From: Alphaproteobacteria bacterium
GTDB lineage: Bacteria > Pseudomonadota > Alphaproteobacteria > UBA9219
Direction: 5' to 3'
Length of the DNA: 64,000 bases
Assembly (NCBI GenBank): GCA_013289265.1
Contig: JABDAH010000001.1
Coordinates: 61,379 to 125,378 of the forward strand
In this document: positions 1 through 10,123 of the stretch, in pieces
Layout of the letters: every line of letters begins with the position of its first letter
Position numbering within the stretch: position 1 is the stretch's first letter
The notes under the pieces: generated by a model
Seen by the model: only the letters and a program-made list of their open reading frames with translations
What the model was told of the DNA's origin: nothing
Databases searched by the model: none
Made by a program: the position numbers and the translations under genes

Positions 1-1732
1 CCGTCTCATTCAAAATTGCGGCGGAGTGGAACTGCGCGACATGAAAGAGCAGATGCTCGACAGCATGGATATCGAGCGCGAACGCGGCATTACTATTAAA
101 GCGCAGACTGTGCGCCTGACTTATAAAGCTAAGGACGGCGAGACTTATCAGTTGAACCTTATGGATACGCCCGGCCATGTGGATTTTGCTTACGAAGTCA
201 GCCGCAGCCTCGCGGCGTGCGAAGGCTCTATCCTCGTTGTTGACGCGTCGCAAGGTGTGGAAGCGCAGACGCTTGCCAACGTTTATCAGGCGATTGATAA
301 TCATCATGAGATCGTTCCTGTCCTGAACAAGATCGATTTACCTGCGGCGGAGCCTGACCGCGTCAAGCAACAGATCGAAGATGTCATCGGCCTTGATGCT
401 TCAGATGCCGTGATGATTTCGGCAAAGACCGGCATCGGCATCAATGACGTGCTGGAAGCTATCGTCACGCGTCTGCCGCCGCCGAAGGGCAATCCAACTG
501 CGCCGTTGAAAGCCCTGCTGGTCGATAGTTGGTATGATGCTTATCTCGGCGTCGTTATTCTGGTGCGTGTCGTGGACGGTACTATTCGCAAAGGCCAGAA
601 GGTTCGCTTTATGGTCACTGGCGCAGTGCGTGATGTCGATAATGTCGGTATTTTCACGCCGAAGAAAGTCGCGATGAGCGAATTGGGTCCGGGCGAAATG
701 GGCTTTATCACGGCAGGCATCAAGGTTATTGCCGATACCAAAGTGGGCGATACGATTACCGACGACAGAAATCCTGCCACAGAACTGCTGCCGGGTTTCA
801 AACCGTCCGTCCCGGTGGTTTTCTGCGGACTGTTCCCTATCGATGCCGATAATTTCGAAGATCTGCGCGAATCTTTGGGACGTCTGGCATTGAACGATGC
901 CAGCTTTAAGTTCGAAGCGGAAAGCTCTGTTGCGCTCGGTTTCGGGTTCCGTTGCGGATTCCTCGGGCTGCTCCATCTGGAAATTATTCAGGAACGGCTG
1001 GAACGCGAATTTAATCTGAACCTTATCACCACGGCGCCGTCGGTTATCTATCATGTCTATCTGACGGACGGCTCCATGAAGGAACTGCATAACCCGGCAG
1101 ATATGCCGGACCCCGTGCGTATCGCAAGAATTGAGGAGCCGTGGATCAAGGCCACCATCTTCACGCCGGACGAATATCTCGGCGGCATTCTGGCGCTATG
1201 CAATGACCGTCGCGGCTCGCAGGTTGAACTGACCTATGTCGGCACCCGCGCTATGCTGGTTTACAAATTGCCGCTCAATGAAGTGGTGTTCGATTTCTAT
1301 GACCGGCTGAAATCCATCAGCCGCGGCTATGCCAGCTTCGATTACACGATGGATGAATATATCGAGGGCGACCTTGTGAATATGTCTATCCTCGTTAATG
1401 AGGAACCTGTCGATGCGCTCGGCACCATTGTGCATCGTAGCGTGGCAGAAAAGCGCGGACGCATGCTGTGCGAACGGTTGAAGGAACTGATTCCAAAGCA
1501 ACTGTTTAAAATTGCGATTCAGGCAGCCATTGGCGGTCGCGTGATCGCCCGTGAGACGATTTCAGCGATGCGCAAGGACGTTACAGCCAAATGCTACGGC
1601 GGTGATATCAGTCGTAAACGTAAGCTCCTTGACAAGCAAAAAGAAGGCAAAAAACGCATGCGTCAATATGGTCAGGTAGAAATACCGCAGTCAGCCTTTA
1701 TCGCCGCGCTGAAGATGGATGACCGTGGCTAA
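1..1732 (+). CDS. lepA: Elongation factor 4 (LepA), 5'-truncated by window edge
   Basis: 568-aa ORF with GTPase G2-G5 motifs ([12 protein letters not shown]), EF4-specific C-terminal domain; N-terminal G1 motif missing so true start lies upstream of window. Confidence 0.93.
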   Translation, partial: RLIQNCGGVELRDMKEQMLDSMDIERERGITIKAQTVRLTYKAKDGETYQLNLMDTPGHVDFAYEVSRSLAACEGSILVVDASQGVEAQTLANVYQAIDNHHEIVPVLNKIDLPAAEPDRVKQQIEDVIGLDASDAVMISAKTGIGINDVLEAIVTRLPPPKGNPTAPLKALLVDSWYDAYLGVVILVRVVDGTIRKGQKVRFMVTGAVRDVDNVGIFTPKKVAMSELGPGEMGFITAGIKVIADTKVGDTITDDRNPATELLPGFKPSVPVVFCGLFPIDADNFEDLRESLGRLALNDASFKFEAESSVALGFGFRCGFLGLLHLEIIQERLEREFNLNLITTAPSVIYHVYLTDGSMKELHNPADMPDPVRIARIEEPWIKATIFTPDEYLGGILALCNDRRGSQVELTYVGTRAMLVYKLPLNEVVFDFYDRLKSISRGYASFDYTMDEYIEGDLVNMSILVNEEPVDALGTIVHRSVAEKRGRMLCERLKELIPKQLFKIAIQAAIGGRVIARETISAMRKDVTAKCYGGDISRKRKLLDKQKEGKKRMRQYGQVEIPQSAFIAALKMDDRG

Positions 1733-2345
1733 GCGCCAAGCTCTATTTGTGTTTTTTGCTATGGCGTATTTTGCCATTAATACAAGCTATGCCGCTGTGT
1801 CGACATCCAACTCCAAACTCGAAGCCTGCCTGAAAAAGGCGGAAGATTTACCGGATATTGCTGCCGCTGATGCCGAGCTGTGGTTCAAGCGCGGTGGCGG
1901 GGAGAATGCGCGGTTTTGTCACGCTTCAGCACAGTTTAACCGTGGTGAATATGTTCTGGCAGGCAGGGGTTTTGCATCTCTGGCGGCCACTCACGATAAA
2001 ACGGATGCAAGACACGCGGCGCAACTTCATGCGCGGGCAGGGCTCAGTTTTGCGCGCGCCAATGATAGCAAAGATACTGAAAAGGAATATGGTGCGGCAT
2101 TAAAACTGGAACCTGTCGATTCCGAAATCTGGATGGACCGGGCATCGGCGCGGGCCAGTAGTGAGCATTACTGGGATGCGATCAGCGACCTTAACCACGC
2201 CCTGAAAATAACGCCGGATATGCCGGAAGCTCTGCGTTTGCGTGGCCAATGTTGGACCAAGCTCGGCAATAAGAAGAATGCCGAGGCCGATTTTATCGCG
2301 GCCGAAGATATCGAAGCCGAAGAACAAGCCAAAACGAAACGATGA
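1719..2345 (+). CDS. secreted TPR-repeat protein
   Basis: N-terminal signal peptide (hydrophobic stretch then AAVS), tetratricopeptide-like repeats; 14-nt overlap with lepA end. Confidence 0.6.
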   Translation: MTVAKRQALFVFFAMAYFAINTSYAAVSTSNSKLEACLKKAEDLPDIAAADAELWFKRGGGENARFCHASAQFNRGEYVLAGRGFASLAATHDKTDARHAAQLHARAGLSFARANDSKDTEKEYGAALKLEPVDSEIWMDRASARASSEHYWDAISDLNHALKITPDMPEALRLRGQCWTKLGNKKNAEADFIAAEDIEAEEQAKTKR

Positions 2346-3187
2346 TTGTTACCCGCTTTGCGCCGAGCCCGACGGGGCACTTACATCTGGGGCATGCTTA
2401 TTCGGCGTTGTTTGCTTACGAAGCGGCGCAGAAAGAAGGCGGCAGGTTTTTGCTGCGTATCGAGGATATTGACCCCGTGCGCTGCAGGCCAGAATTCACC
2501 GCAGCCATTTTTGAAGATTTGCGCTGGCTTGGCCTGACATGGGAAGAACCCGTGCGCCAGCAGTCGAAACATATGCATCAGTATGCTGCCCTCTTATTCA
2601 AGCTGCGCGATGCGGGCGTTTTGTATCCCTGCTTCTGTACGCGCAGCGATGTTGTGGCCGAGGCAGCAAATGCAGGTCATGCTCCTCATGAAGGGCCTGA
2701 TGGGCCTTTATACCCCGGTACATGCCGGCAACTGTCAGATAAAGAAGCAGCGGATAAACTGGCTGAACATAAAACCGCTAACTGGCGGCTGTATGTTGAA
2801 AAAGCTTTGGAGATCACAGGTCCATTAACCTGGCACGACCGCGCCAAAGGAAAGATTGAAGCGAGGCCGCAGGAGTTTGGCGATGTCGTTATCGCCCGCA
2901 AGGATGTGCCGACGAGCTATCATCTCAGTGTCACAGTGGATGATCATCTGCAGGGGGTAACTCTCGTTACGCGGGGTGAGGATCTGTTTCGCGCCACCGA
3001 TATTCACTGTCTTCTGCAGGCTCTGCTAGGGTATCCGACGCCCGACTATCATCATCATCCTTTAATGCTGGATGCCGAGGGTAAGCGCCACGCCAAGCGC
3101 GATAAGTCCGTTACTTTGCGAGCTTTGAGAGAGAGTGGGATAACGGTGGAGGAAATAAGAAGAAAATTAAGTTTTGGGGGTTCGTAG
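2342..3187 (+). CDS. gluQ: glutamyl-Q tRNA(Asp) synthetase (GluQRS, truncated GluRS paralogue)
   Basis: 281 aa, class I aaRS HIGH motif (PTGHLHLGH), GluRS catalytic-domain similarity without anticodon-binding domain; ATGA overlap with upstream gene. Confidence 0.85.
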   Translation: MIVTRFAPSPTGHLHLGHAYSALFAYEAAQKEGGRFLLRIEDIDPVRCRPEFTAAIFEDLRWLGLTWEEPVRQQSKHMHQYAALLFKLRDAGVLYPCFCTRSDVVAEAANAGHAPHEGPDGPLYPGTCRQLSDKEAADKLAEHKTANWRLYVEKALEITGPLTWHDRAKGKIEARPQEFGDVVIARKDVPTSYHLSVTVDDHLQGVTLVTRGEDLFRATDIHCLLQALLGYPTPDYHHHPLMLDAEGKRHAKRDKSVTLRALRESGITVEEIRRKLSFGGS

Positions 3188-3502
3188 CATTGCTGCTGCC
3201 TGTCTTAACAAAACTTTTTCTCTTGTCGAAGCCCGATTGTATTTCTCAAAATTAATACCGTCTATTTTAACGCCGTCAAAGTGGTTGGCAGAGCCAAGTT
3301 CTCGTGCATGAAGCAGTCCACTTAAATCAAAAACAGGTGTTGTATAGGGATTTAAGTGTACCCTATCGAAAGCTTGCTTGGCAGCATTCCATAATTGCGG
3401 ATTTGTTTTGATGAGGGCGGCAATATCCGCTGGCGGCATCCCGCACAAATCCGGTAAATCTACCTCTTGAGGCGTTTGCGTAATCGTAATCATACTATTC
3501 AT
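3167..3502 (-). CDS. hypothetical protein
   Basis: 111-aa ORF downstream of purF on same strand; no recognisable motif; convergent 21-nt overlap with gluQ. Confidence 0.35.
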   Translation of the reverse strand: MNSMITITQTPQEVDLPDLCGMPPADIAALIKTNPQLWNAAKQAFDRVHLNPYTTPVFDLSGLLHARELGSANHFDGVKIDGINFEKYNRASTREKVLLRQAAAMLRTPKT

Positions 3503-3595
3503 CGAACCTTGATAGAATTTTTGCTGTAACGAGCAGAATATAAACTGCTTTTCGCGCTGTCTACGGAGACATTACTTTCATATCAATTAACTATA

Positions 3596-5056
3596 TTACT
3601 CACTTGCCTTTGCTAAAAATGACATCTCTGCCTGACCTTCGTTGCTGTTCAGGTCGGTCAGCGGAATAGCGTAATCGCCGCTGAAACAGGCATCGCAATA
3701 TTGTGGTGTTTCGGCGTTGCGCTTGGTTTCACCCATGGCGCGGTAGAGGCCGTCCAGCGAGATGAAAGCGAGGCTGTCAGCGCCGATGAAACGGCACATC
3801 TGCTCGACCGTATAATTATGTGCCAGAAGCTTTTCCGGTTGTGGCGTGTCGATACCATAGAAGCAGCTATGCTTGGTCGGTGGGCTGGAAATGCGCATAT
3901 GGACTTCTTTGGCGCCGGCGGCGCGGACCATTTCCACAATCTTGGTGGAGGTCGTGCCGCGGACGATGGAGTCGTCCACCAGAATAACGCGCTTGCCTTC
4001 GATGAAGCGGCGATTGGCGTTGTGCTTTAATTTGACGCCGAGATGGCGGATGCGGTCAGTCGGCTGAATGAAGGTGCGGCCGACATAATGATTGCGGATG
4101 ATGCCGAGATCGAAAGAGATGCCGCTTTCTTCGGCATAGCCGATGGCAGAGGGAACGCCAGAGTCCGGCACAGGCACAACGATGTCCGCCTCGACGCCAG
4201 ACTCGCGCGCCAGTTCAACGCCGATATTCTTGCGCATTTCATAGACCGAGCGGCCTTCCATCGACGAGTCCGGACGCGCGAAATAAATATATTCGAAGAT
4301 GCAGAATTTGCTGTCTGTTGCACCGAAGGGAAACAGGCTTTGGACGGTCTTGCCGTCCAGAATGACCATTTCGCCTGGCTTGATGTCGCGGATAAATTCA
4401 GCGCCGATGATGTCGAGGCCGCAAGTTTCGCTGGACAGAACATACGCATCTTCGAATTTGCCGAGCACGAGCGGCCGCACGCCGTGCGGATCACGCACGC
4501 CGATTACGGTATTCTGATGCAGGCAGACGAGGGAGTAAGCGCCTTCGATCTGACGCATGGCTTCAATCAGACGGTCGATGGGGCTGCCGGCGCGCGCCAT
4601 TGCCATCAAGTGGATGATGACTTCGGTATCGGTTGTGGAGCGGAACAGGCAGCCACGTTTAACCAGCTGTTTGCGCAGTGTATGGGCGTTGGTGAGATTG
4701 CCGTTATGGCCGATAGCAAAGCCGCCGAAATCAAAATCAGCGAACAGCGGTTGCACATTACGCAGGGCGGTCTCGCCCGTGGTGGCATAGCGCGTATGGC
4801 CGATGGAGGCGGAGCCCATTAATTTGCTGATAACAGCTTCGGAATTAAAATTTTCACCGACATGGCCAAGGGCATGATGCGCATGAAAATGTTCGCCGTC
4901 GTAGCTGACGATGCCTGAGGCTTCCTGACCGCGATGTTGCAGTGCATGTAATCCAAGCGCCGTCATGGCGGCGGCTGAATCTTTTCCGGTAATGCCGAAG
5001 ACGCCGCATTCTTCCTTGAACTTGTCGTCATCAAATGGATGTGTGGTGAATGTCAT
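3596..5056 (-). CDS. purF: amidophosphoribosyltransferase
   Basis: 486 aa; N-terminal Cys (MTF..CGVFGI), Ntn glutaminase and PRTase motifs, C-terminal 4Fe-4S cysteines. Confidence 0.95.
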   Translation of the reverse strand: MTFTTHPFDDDKFKEECGVFGITGKDSAAAMTALGLHALQHRGQEASGIVSYDGEHFHAHHALGHVGENFNSEAVISKLMGSASIGHTRYATTGETALRNVQPLFADFDFGGFAIGHNGNLTNAHTLRKQLVKRGCLFRSTTDTEVIIHLMAMARAGSPIDRLIEAMRQIEGAYSLVCLHQNTVIGVRDPHGVRPLVLGKFEDAYVLSSETCGLDIIGAEFIRDIKPGEMVILDGKTVQSLFPFGATDSKFCIFEYIYFARPDSSMEGRSVYEMRKNIGVELARESGVEADIVVPVPDSGVPSAIGYAEESGISFDLGIIRNHYVGRTFIQPTDRIRHLGVKLKHNANRRFIEGKRVILVDDSIVRGTTSTKIVEMVRAAGAKEVHMRISSPPTKHSCFYGIDTPQPEKLLAHNYTVEQMCRFIGADSLAFISLDGLYRAMGETKRNAETPQYCDACFSGDYAIPLTDLNSNEGQAEMSFLAKASE

Positions 5057-5793
5057 GGGGCACTCTTCTGGTTAATAAGTTTGTTTAAACCGTCGCGATT
5101 ATTATTGTCATAAGTTGGTGCTGGAACGTCTTTATTGGCTGGGGTCGGGGTCGAAAGCAGATCCAGCGTTTTCTGGTCGATGATATGCTGGGCGTTGTTT
5201 TTTTGCTCATCCAACTGAAAGGTCGCCGACTTGATGTCTTTGTCAGGAATAAAACTTCTCAAGATCGCCGCACCTTTAGCCATGCTTGCATGCGTCTTTG
5301 CCTGCATGACCCAATCAGGGGGTTGAACAGTATCTTTGGACTGCTCAACCGGCGGTTTATCCATATCCGGCCACCATATGGCTGCGGCAGCTAAATAAAC
5401 TATACAAACCACAAGGGCGCCGCGTAACAAACCAAAAGCAAAGCCCAGTGAACGATCAACGGCGCTCAACGCCTTGCCTCGAACAAGACCTGCAATAAGA
5501 TTGCTGGCCAAGGCACACACAAGCAGAACGATAAGAAAAATACCTATACCCGCTGCCAGCGCAGCTCCTTGTTCGCTTTTTATATGGTGATGAACCCACG
5601 GTTCAGCAAGATAGTGATATTTAACGGCTGCAAAATAAGCGAGGGTCCAGGAGGCAAGGGACAGAACTTCGCGCACAAAGCCACGAAACAGAGCCAGTAT
5701 CCCCGACAGCAAAACGATGCCGAGTACGATAAAATCCAGATTATTCAAACCGGTATGTGGTTCCATGAGCCTGCCAGCAGCAAAGGTTGGCAT
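5053..5793 (-). CDS. cvpA: CvpA family membrane protein (colicin V production protein)
   Basis: multi-TM N-terminus typical of CvpA; conserved cvpA-purF linkage with ATGA overlap; true start may be internal Met (MEPHTG...). Confidence 0.8.
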   Translation of the reverse strand: MPTFAAGRLMEPHTGLNNLDFIVLGIVLLSGILALFRGFVREVLSLASWTLAYFAAVKYHYLAEPWVHHHIKSEQGAALAAGIGIFLIVLLVCALASNLIAGLVRGKALSAVDRSLGFAFGLLRGALVVCIVYLAAAAIWWPDMDKPPVEQSKDTVQPPDWVMQAKTHASMAKGAAILRSFIPDKDIKSATFQLDEQKNNAQHIIDQKTLDLLSTPTPANKDVPAPTYDNNNRDGLNKLINQKSAP

Positions 5794-5860
5794 TATCTAG
5801 CACAAAAATCGGTAAAGTTAATGCTTTCATGCAATAAATTACCGATTGGCGGTAGATTTT

Positions 5861-7270
5861 TTAGGCTCGTTTGGCTTGCTTGGCTTTGGGCGCGTCCTGA
5901 AAAAGCGGCAAAAGCTCAGTTAATTGGCGGATTTCCGTGCGGCGCAGAGCGGCTTCGCCCACCATTTTACGGTTATTATCGATATGCGGCATGATGGATT
6001 GGGTAAAGCCCAGCTTGACCGCTTCCTTCAGGCGCAACTCTGGTTGGCTGACGCGGCGAATCTCTCCCGACAGGCCGATTTCGCCAAAGACTACGCATTC
6101 AGTGGGGACGGGCTCGCCGCTGAGCGAGGATAGCAGGGCAGCAGCCACCGCAAGATCGGCGGCAGGTTCTGAGATCCGGAGGCCGCCTGCGACATTCAGA
6201 TAAATATCGTTCTGGCCAAAGGCCACGCCGCAGCGGGCCTCTAAAACCGCCAGAACCATGGCAAGGCGGGCACTGTCCCAGCCAATAACGGCACGACGCG
6301 GTGTGCCGTAGGATGTCGGCGCCACCAGAGCCTGAATTTCAACCAGTACGGGGCGTGTGCCTTCGAGGCCCGCAAAGACTGCGGCGCCGGATGTATCGCC
6401 GCGACGGTCTGCCAGAAACAGGGCAGATGGATTGGACACTTCCATCAGGCCTTTATCGGTCATTTCAAACACGCCGATTTCATCCGTGGGGCCGAAGCGG
6501 TTTTTAACACCGCGCAGGACGCGGAACTGATGGCCGCGGTCACCTTCCAAATAAAGCACTGTATCGACCATATGTTCCAGCACGCGCGGGCCTGCAATCG
6601 TACCTTCCTTGGTCACATGGCCGACAAGGATCAGTGAGATGTTTCGTTTCTTGGCAATGCGGATTAGTTCCTGCGCGCTGGTGCGCACTTGCGCCACGGT
6701 GCCTGGCGCGCTGTCCAGCGTATCGACATACATGGTTTGAATGGAATCGATTATCAGTACATCCGGTGCTGATGTACTGTCGATCGCCGCGACGATATCG
6801 CGGATGGATGTGGCGCTGGCGAGTTCGCACTGAACGTCGGAAACACCAAGCCTTGCGGCGCGAAGGCGTACCTGATCAATGGCCTCTTCGCCGGAGATAT
6901 ATGCGACGCGTTGTTCTTTTGCCAGCTGGCAGACCACTTGCAAAAGAATAGTGGATTTACCAATGCCGGGATCACCACCTACCAGCGTTGCAGAACCCGG
7001 TACCAGACCACCGCCTACAACGCGGTCAAATTCGCCGATATGTGACAGGCGACGGGGTAGGGGCTTCTCCACGCCTTTCAGCGGAACGAATTCAACTCTA
7101 TTGCCTTTATTTTTTCCGTAGCTGCCGCTGGTGAGGCCTTTGGGCGGGCCGCTGGATATCGTTTCTTCGACGAGGGAGTTCCAGTTACCGCAAGCCTCGC
7201 ACCGACCGCCCCATTTGGGGTAGCTGGAGCCGCAGCTCTGACAAACAAAGTGAGAAGTTGTTTTCGCCAT
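5861..7270 (-). CDS. radA: DNA repair protein RadA (Sms)
   Basis: 469 aa; N-terminal C4 zinc finger (CQSCGSSYPKWGGRCEACGNW), Walker A GDPGIGKST, C-terminal Lon-like domain. Confidence 0.95.
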   Translation of the reverse strand: MAKTTSHFVCQSCGSSYPKWGGRCEACGNWNSLVEETISSGPPKGLTSGSYGKNKGNRVEFVPLKGVEKPLPRRLSHIGEFDRVVGGGLVPGSATLVGGDPGIGKSTILLQVVCQLAKEQRVAYISGEEAIDQVRLRAARLGVSDVQCELASATSIRDIVAAIDSTSAPDVLIIDSIQTMYVDTLDSAPGTVAQVRTSAQELIRIAKKRNISLILVGHVTKEGTIAGPRVLEHMVDTVLYLEGDRGHQFRVLRGVKNRFGPTDEIGVFEMTDKGLMEVSNPSALFLADRRGDTSGAAVFAGLEGTRPVLVEIQALVAPTSYGTPRRAVIGWDSARLAMVLAVLEARCGVAFGQNDIYLNVAGGLRISEPAADLAVAAALLSSLSGEPVPTECVVFGEIGLSGEIRRVSQPELRLKEAVKLGFTQSIMPHIDNNRKMVGEAALRRTEIRQLTELLPLFQDAPKAKQAKRA

Positions 7271-7414
7271 GTAATTGAATGTTCCTTATTTGTTCTCATT
7301 TGTCAAGCCATTGTTTCTCAATGATTCTTGTATGAAACTATTTTCGTTGAATTACTTTCATAATTATGGTAAGTTCACTTCATATTTTCGCTAAATTTTG
7401 ACTGAATTCTTTTA

Positions 7415-7837
7415 ATGAATTTTAGGGGAGGTTTTATGGTTGGTGGTGCTCTTCATCAGGTCAGATCTGTCCTCTTGTCACTGGCCGTTGCCGCCGTTCC
7501 ACAAATGACTTCTGCCGAAGAAATAACCTCCGCCAAACCTATTTTTATGGAAACCTGCCTTATGGGTTCGCATGGCGACACATACTTGCAAACCGATCCA
7601 CGCAACGCCTTCAGCGAAGCTATCGTTCTGAAAAAACCACTTAAGCTAAATGGCCGAATGATTCCCGAAGGCAGTGTTGTGTTCAATACGGCGGGGACGG
7701 CTGTCGTTATCGATCCGCAGGACAAGTTCTCGGTCATGCCAATCGACGGGCATAAAGTAAGCCCGAGCGCCGTCAGCAAAACTGCTGATTTGAAAGCCGC
7801 CGCCGAATATCTGCGTGCGAGAACGGCGCAAGCCTAA
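7415..7837 (+). CDS. hypothetical secreted protein
   Basis: 140-aa ORF with signal peptide (LLSLAVAAVPQMTSAEE); start possibly at internal Met 7436. Confidence 0.45.
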   Translation: MNFRGGFMVGGALHQVRSVLLSLAVAAVPQMTSAEEITSAKPIFMETCLMGSHGDTYLQTDPRNAFSEAIVLKKPLKLNGRMIPEGSVVFNTAGTAVVIDPQDKFSVMPIDGHKVSPSAVSKTADLKAAAEYLRARTAQA

Positions 7838-7856
7838 GCTCCACAAAAAATCAAAA

Positions 7857-8636
7857 TTAAAACCGGCGGACCTGCATCCGGATGGGGCCTTCGGCGCGGC
7901 CATGGATGAATTGATCTACATAGGGATTGCCGGAATGGTCGATATCCCGTTTTGGCCCTTGCCAGATAATGCGACCTTCATGAAGCATGGCGATACGATC
8001 GGCGATCTTGCGGGCACTGGCCATATCATGCGTGATGCTGAGTGTCGTAGCACCCAACTCATGAACGCACTTCACAATCAATTCATTGATCACGTCGGCC
8101 ATAATGGGATCAAGACCAGTGGTCGGTTCGTCAAAGAAAATGATTTCCGGTTTAGCGGCGATAGCGCGGGCGAGAGCAACGCGTTTTTGCATGCCCCCGG
8201 AAAGCTCTGCCGGGTATAAATCGCCAACTGCGGGGCTTAGGCCGACGGATGCCAACGTGGCAATCGCGCGTTCTCTCGCTTCCTTATGCGGCATATGATG
8301 CGCCTGCAGCAGCTTAAACGCGACATTGCGCCAGACGGGTAGCGAGTCAAACAGAGCCGATCCCTGAAACAACATGCCGAATTTATCTAGATGCTCGTCG
8401 CGCTCCGTGCCCGACATTTTCTTGATGTCCTGACCGTCGACTTTGATTGTGCCTTTGTCATGCTGCAGCAGGCCAAGGATGCATTTCAGGGTAACAGATT
8501 TGCCGGTGCCGGAGCCGCCAATGATGACAACGGATTCGCCCTTGGCGATTGTCAGATCAAGGCCGCGTAAAACATGCTTGTCGTCGAAGGATTTGGTAAC
8601 GCCCGTCAGTTCGATCTTGGGTTGATTATCGCTCAT
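7857..8636 (-). CDS. ABC transporter ATP-binding protein, MlaF-like
   Basis: Walker A GGSGTGKS, ABC signature LSGGMQKR, Walker B; 259 aa typical of MlaF/Ttg2A. Confidence 0.88.
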   Translation of the reverse strand: MSDNQPKIELTGVTKSFDDKHVLRGLDLTIAKGESVVIIGGSGTGKSVTLKCILGLLQHDKGTIKVDGQDIKKMSGTERDEHLDKFGMLFQGSALFDSLPVWRNVAFKLLQAHHMPHKEARERAIATLASVGLSPAVGDLYPAELSGGMQKRVALARAIAAKPEIIFFDEPTTGLDPIMADVINELIVKCVHELGATTLSITHDMASARKIADRIAMLHEGRIIWQGPKRDIDHSGNPYVDQFIHGRAEGPIRMQVRRF

Positions 8637-8637
8637 C

Positions 8638-9414
8638 TTATTTTCCGGCGAATAAAATGCCGGTCAGCAGATAGTTGCTGACCAGAATGAGGATCGATGC
8701 CGTGACGACGGCATTGGTGGTTGCTGTGCCGACGCCTTGCGCACCGCCCTTGGAATTAAAGCCGTTATAGCAGCCCATCAGGGCGATGATGAAACCGAAT
8801 GCCGCCGCTTTCCATAGACCGGATGTCACGTCGCGGTGTTCCAGATATTGCCAGCTTTGCGAGATGTAATTAGCGGCGTTAAAATGCAGGCGCGCGACGC
8901 AAACCAGAAAGCCGCCGAACACGCCGATGATATCGGCCACCAGAACCAGTAAAGGTAACACCAGAGTTCCGGCGATTAGGCGCGGCACAATCAGGTATTT
9001 GTAGGGGTTTGTTGAGAGAGTGGTTAAAGCGTCGATCTGTTCCGTGACGCGCATCGTGCCGAGCTCAGCAGCAATCGCGGCACCGATGCGACCTGCGACC
9101 ATCAGGCCCGCCATCACGGGGCCGAGTTCGCGGGTGATGGAAAGAACAACTACGGTTGGAATGGCGCTCTCGGCATCGAAGCGTGAAAAACCGCTGTGGC
9201 TTTGCAATGCCAGCACCATGCCGGTGAATAGGGCAGTTAGTCCGACGACAGGCAGAGAGAAATAACCGATATCCAGTAATTGCTTACCGATCTGGCGGAA
9301 ATAGAAGGGGCGGCGGAAGCAATGCGAAGTGGCGCGCGCCGTAAAATAGCCGAGCCTTCCTGTCGCCTGCAGGAATTCCAGAAAAGTATGGCCGATAAGG
9401 GCGAGGGGATTCAT
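8638..9414 (-). CDS. ABC transporter permease, MlaE-like
   Basis: 258-aa polytopic membrane protein with MlaE/Ttg2B-like sequence; adjacent to MlaF-like ATPase. Confidence 0.85.
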   Translation of the reverse strand: MNPLALIGHTFLEFLQATGRLGYFTARATSHCFRRPFYFRQIGKQLLDIGYFSLPVVGLTALFTGMVLALQSHSGFSRFDAESAIPTVVVLSITRELGPVMAGLMVAGRIGAAIAAELGTMRVTEQIDALTTLSTNPYKYLIVPRLIAGTLVLPLLVLVADIIGVFGGFLVCVARLHFNAANYISQSWQYLEHRDVTSGLWKAAAFGFIIALMGCYNGFNSKGGAQGVGTATTNAVVTASILILVSNYLLTGILFAGK

Positions 9415-9606
9415 GGTTAAGGGCAGCCGGAGACATGAAAAAGCAGAAGTCGCAACCTATCCAAGGGCGGCAGGGGTGTCAAATACGGTCTTTAAGGCTT
9501 TTAGGAAGCAGTTTCCCTCTTGCCAGATTCGCAATTCCGGTTCTAGGCTGGGTGCTATATTTCCTCAGTATATGGGGATAGCGCATTCATTTAGGGAGTA
9601 AATAAA

Positions 9607-10044
9607 ATGACGGACTCAAATCCTACCATACCGAATAAAAGAGAAATTGTTTGGGCAGGCTCTGTCGATACCATACCGAATAAAAGAGTTATTGATTGGG
9701 CAGGCTCCGCTATTGAGTTTTGTGGTTTTGCTGCTGTTGGTAGTGTTGTGTTAAAGGAACCGCACGTAATGGAGGCTATACAGCACGCATCTGATTCCGT
9801 GGGAAATGTAATATCGAAAGATACTTATTGTGTTGTTGCAGAAGTATTGGCTTTTGCAGCTATCCTAACTGCTGCAGTCATCAGAACAAGAAACTCTCAA
9901 TCAATAAAGCATGGCGAAGAAACATTTTCACGAGGTAGTTTAGATGAAAAAACCCCGGTGATTGATGTGGATCATAAGCATAGGGTATCTCGTTTCTTGC
10001 GTGTTTCTGTTCCCTTACCGTTGCTGTACCACCATCCGCGTTGA
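9607..10044 (+). CDS. hypothetical small membrane protein with tandem 15-aa repeat
   Basis: 145-aa ORF in AT-richer intergenic-like region; contains TIPNKREIVWAGSVD / TIPNKRVIDWAGSAI repeat and two hydrophobic segments; coding status uncertain. Confidence 0.35.
   Translation: MTDSNPTIPNKREIVWAGSVDTIPNKRVIDWAGSAIEFCGFAAVGSVVLKEPHVMEAIQHASDSVGNVISKDTYCVVAEVLAFAAILTAAVIRTRNSQSIKHGEETFSRGSLDEKTPVIDVDHKHRVSRFLRVSVPLPLLYHHPR
9626..9715. repeat. 45-bp tandem direct repeat (2 copies, approx 85 percent identical)
   Basis: ccataccgaataaaagag[aaattgtt/ttattgat]tgggcaggctc... repeated head-to-tail. Confidence 0.8.
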
Positions 10045-10123
10045 TTTAAAAATCCTAGGAAAGTTTTTAGGAAGCCGTTACATAGGGGTAGGTTAATTAT
10101 CGCCTGCCTTTAGAGCTTTCCGC

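Noticed and set aside
401-1090. 229-aa antisense ORF inside lepA, with similar shadow ORFs inside purF (4043..4822), radA (6540..6830), fusA and tuf (62696..63424)
   Set aside because: They lie entirely within strongly supported conserved genes on the opposite strand, with no motifs. This is typical GC-rich shadow reading..
7271-7414. LexA (GTTC-N7-GTTC) SOS box upstream of radA
   Set aside because: Only a half-site-like GTTCTCATTTGTCAA is present and the second GTTC is missing.
8638-9414. Missing MlaD/MlaC partners as evidence of a novel transporter
   Set aside because: Two-gene MlaE/MlaF-like pairs separated from the MCE component are common. There is no anomaly in the sequences themselves.
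9626-9715. Possible CRISPR array from the direct repeats
   Set aside because: There are only two imperfect copies with no spacer between them and no cas genes. It is a tandem duplication, not a CRISPR.
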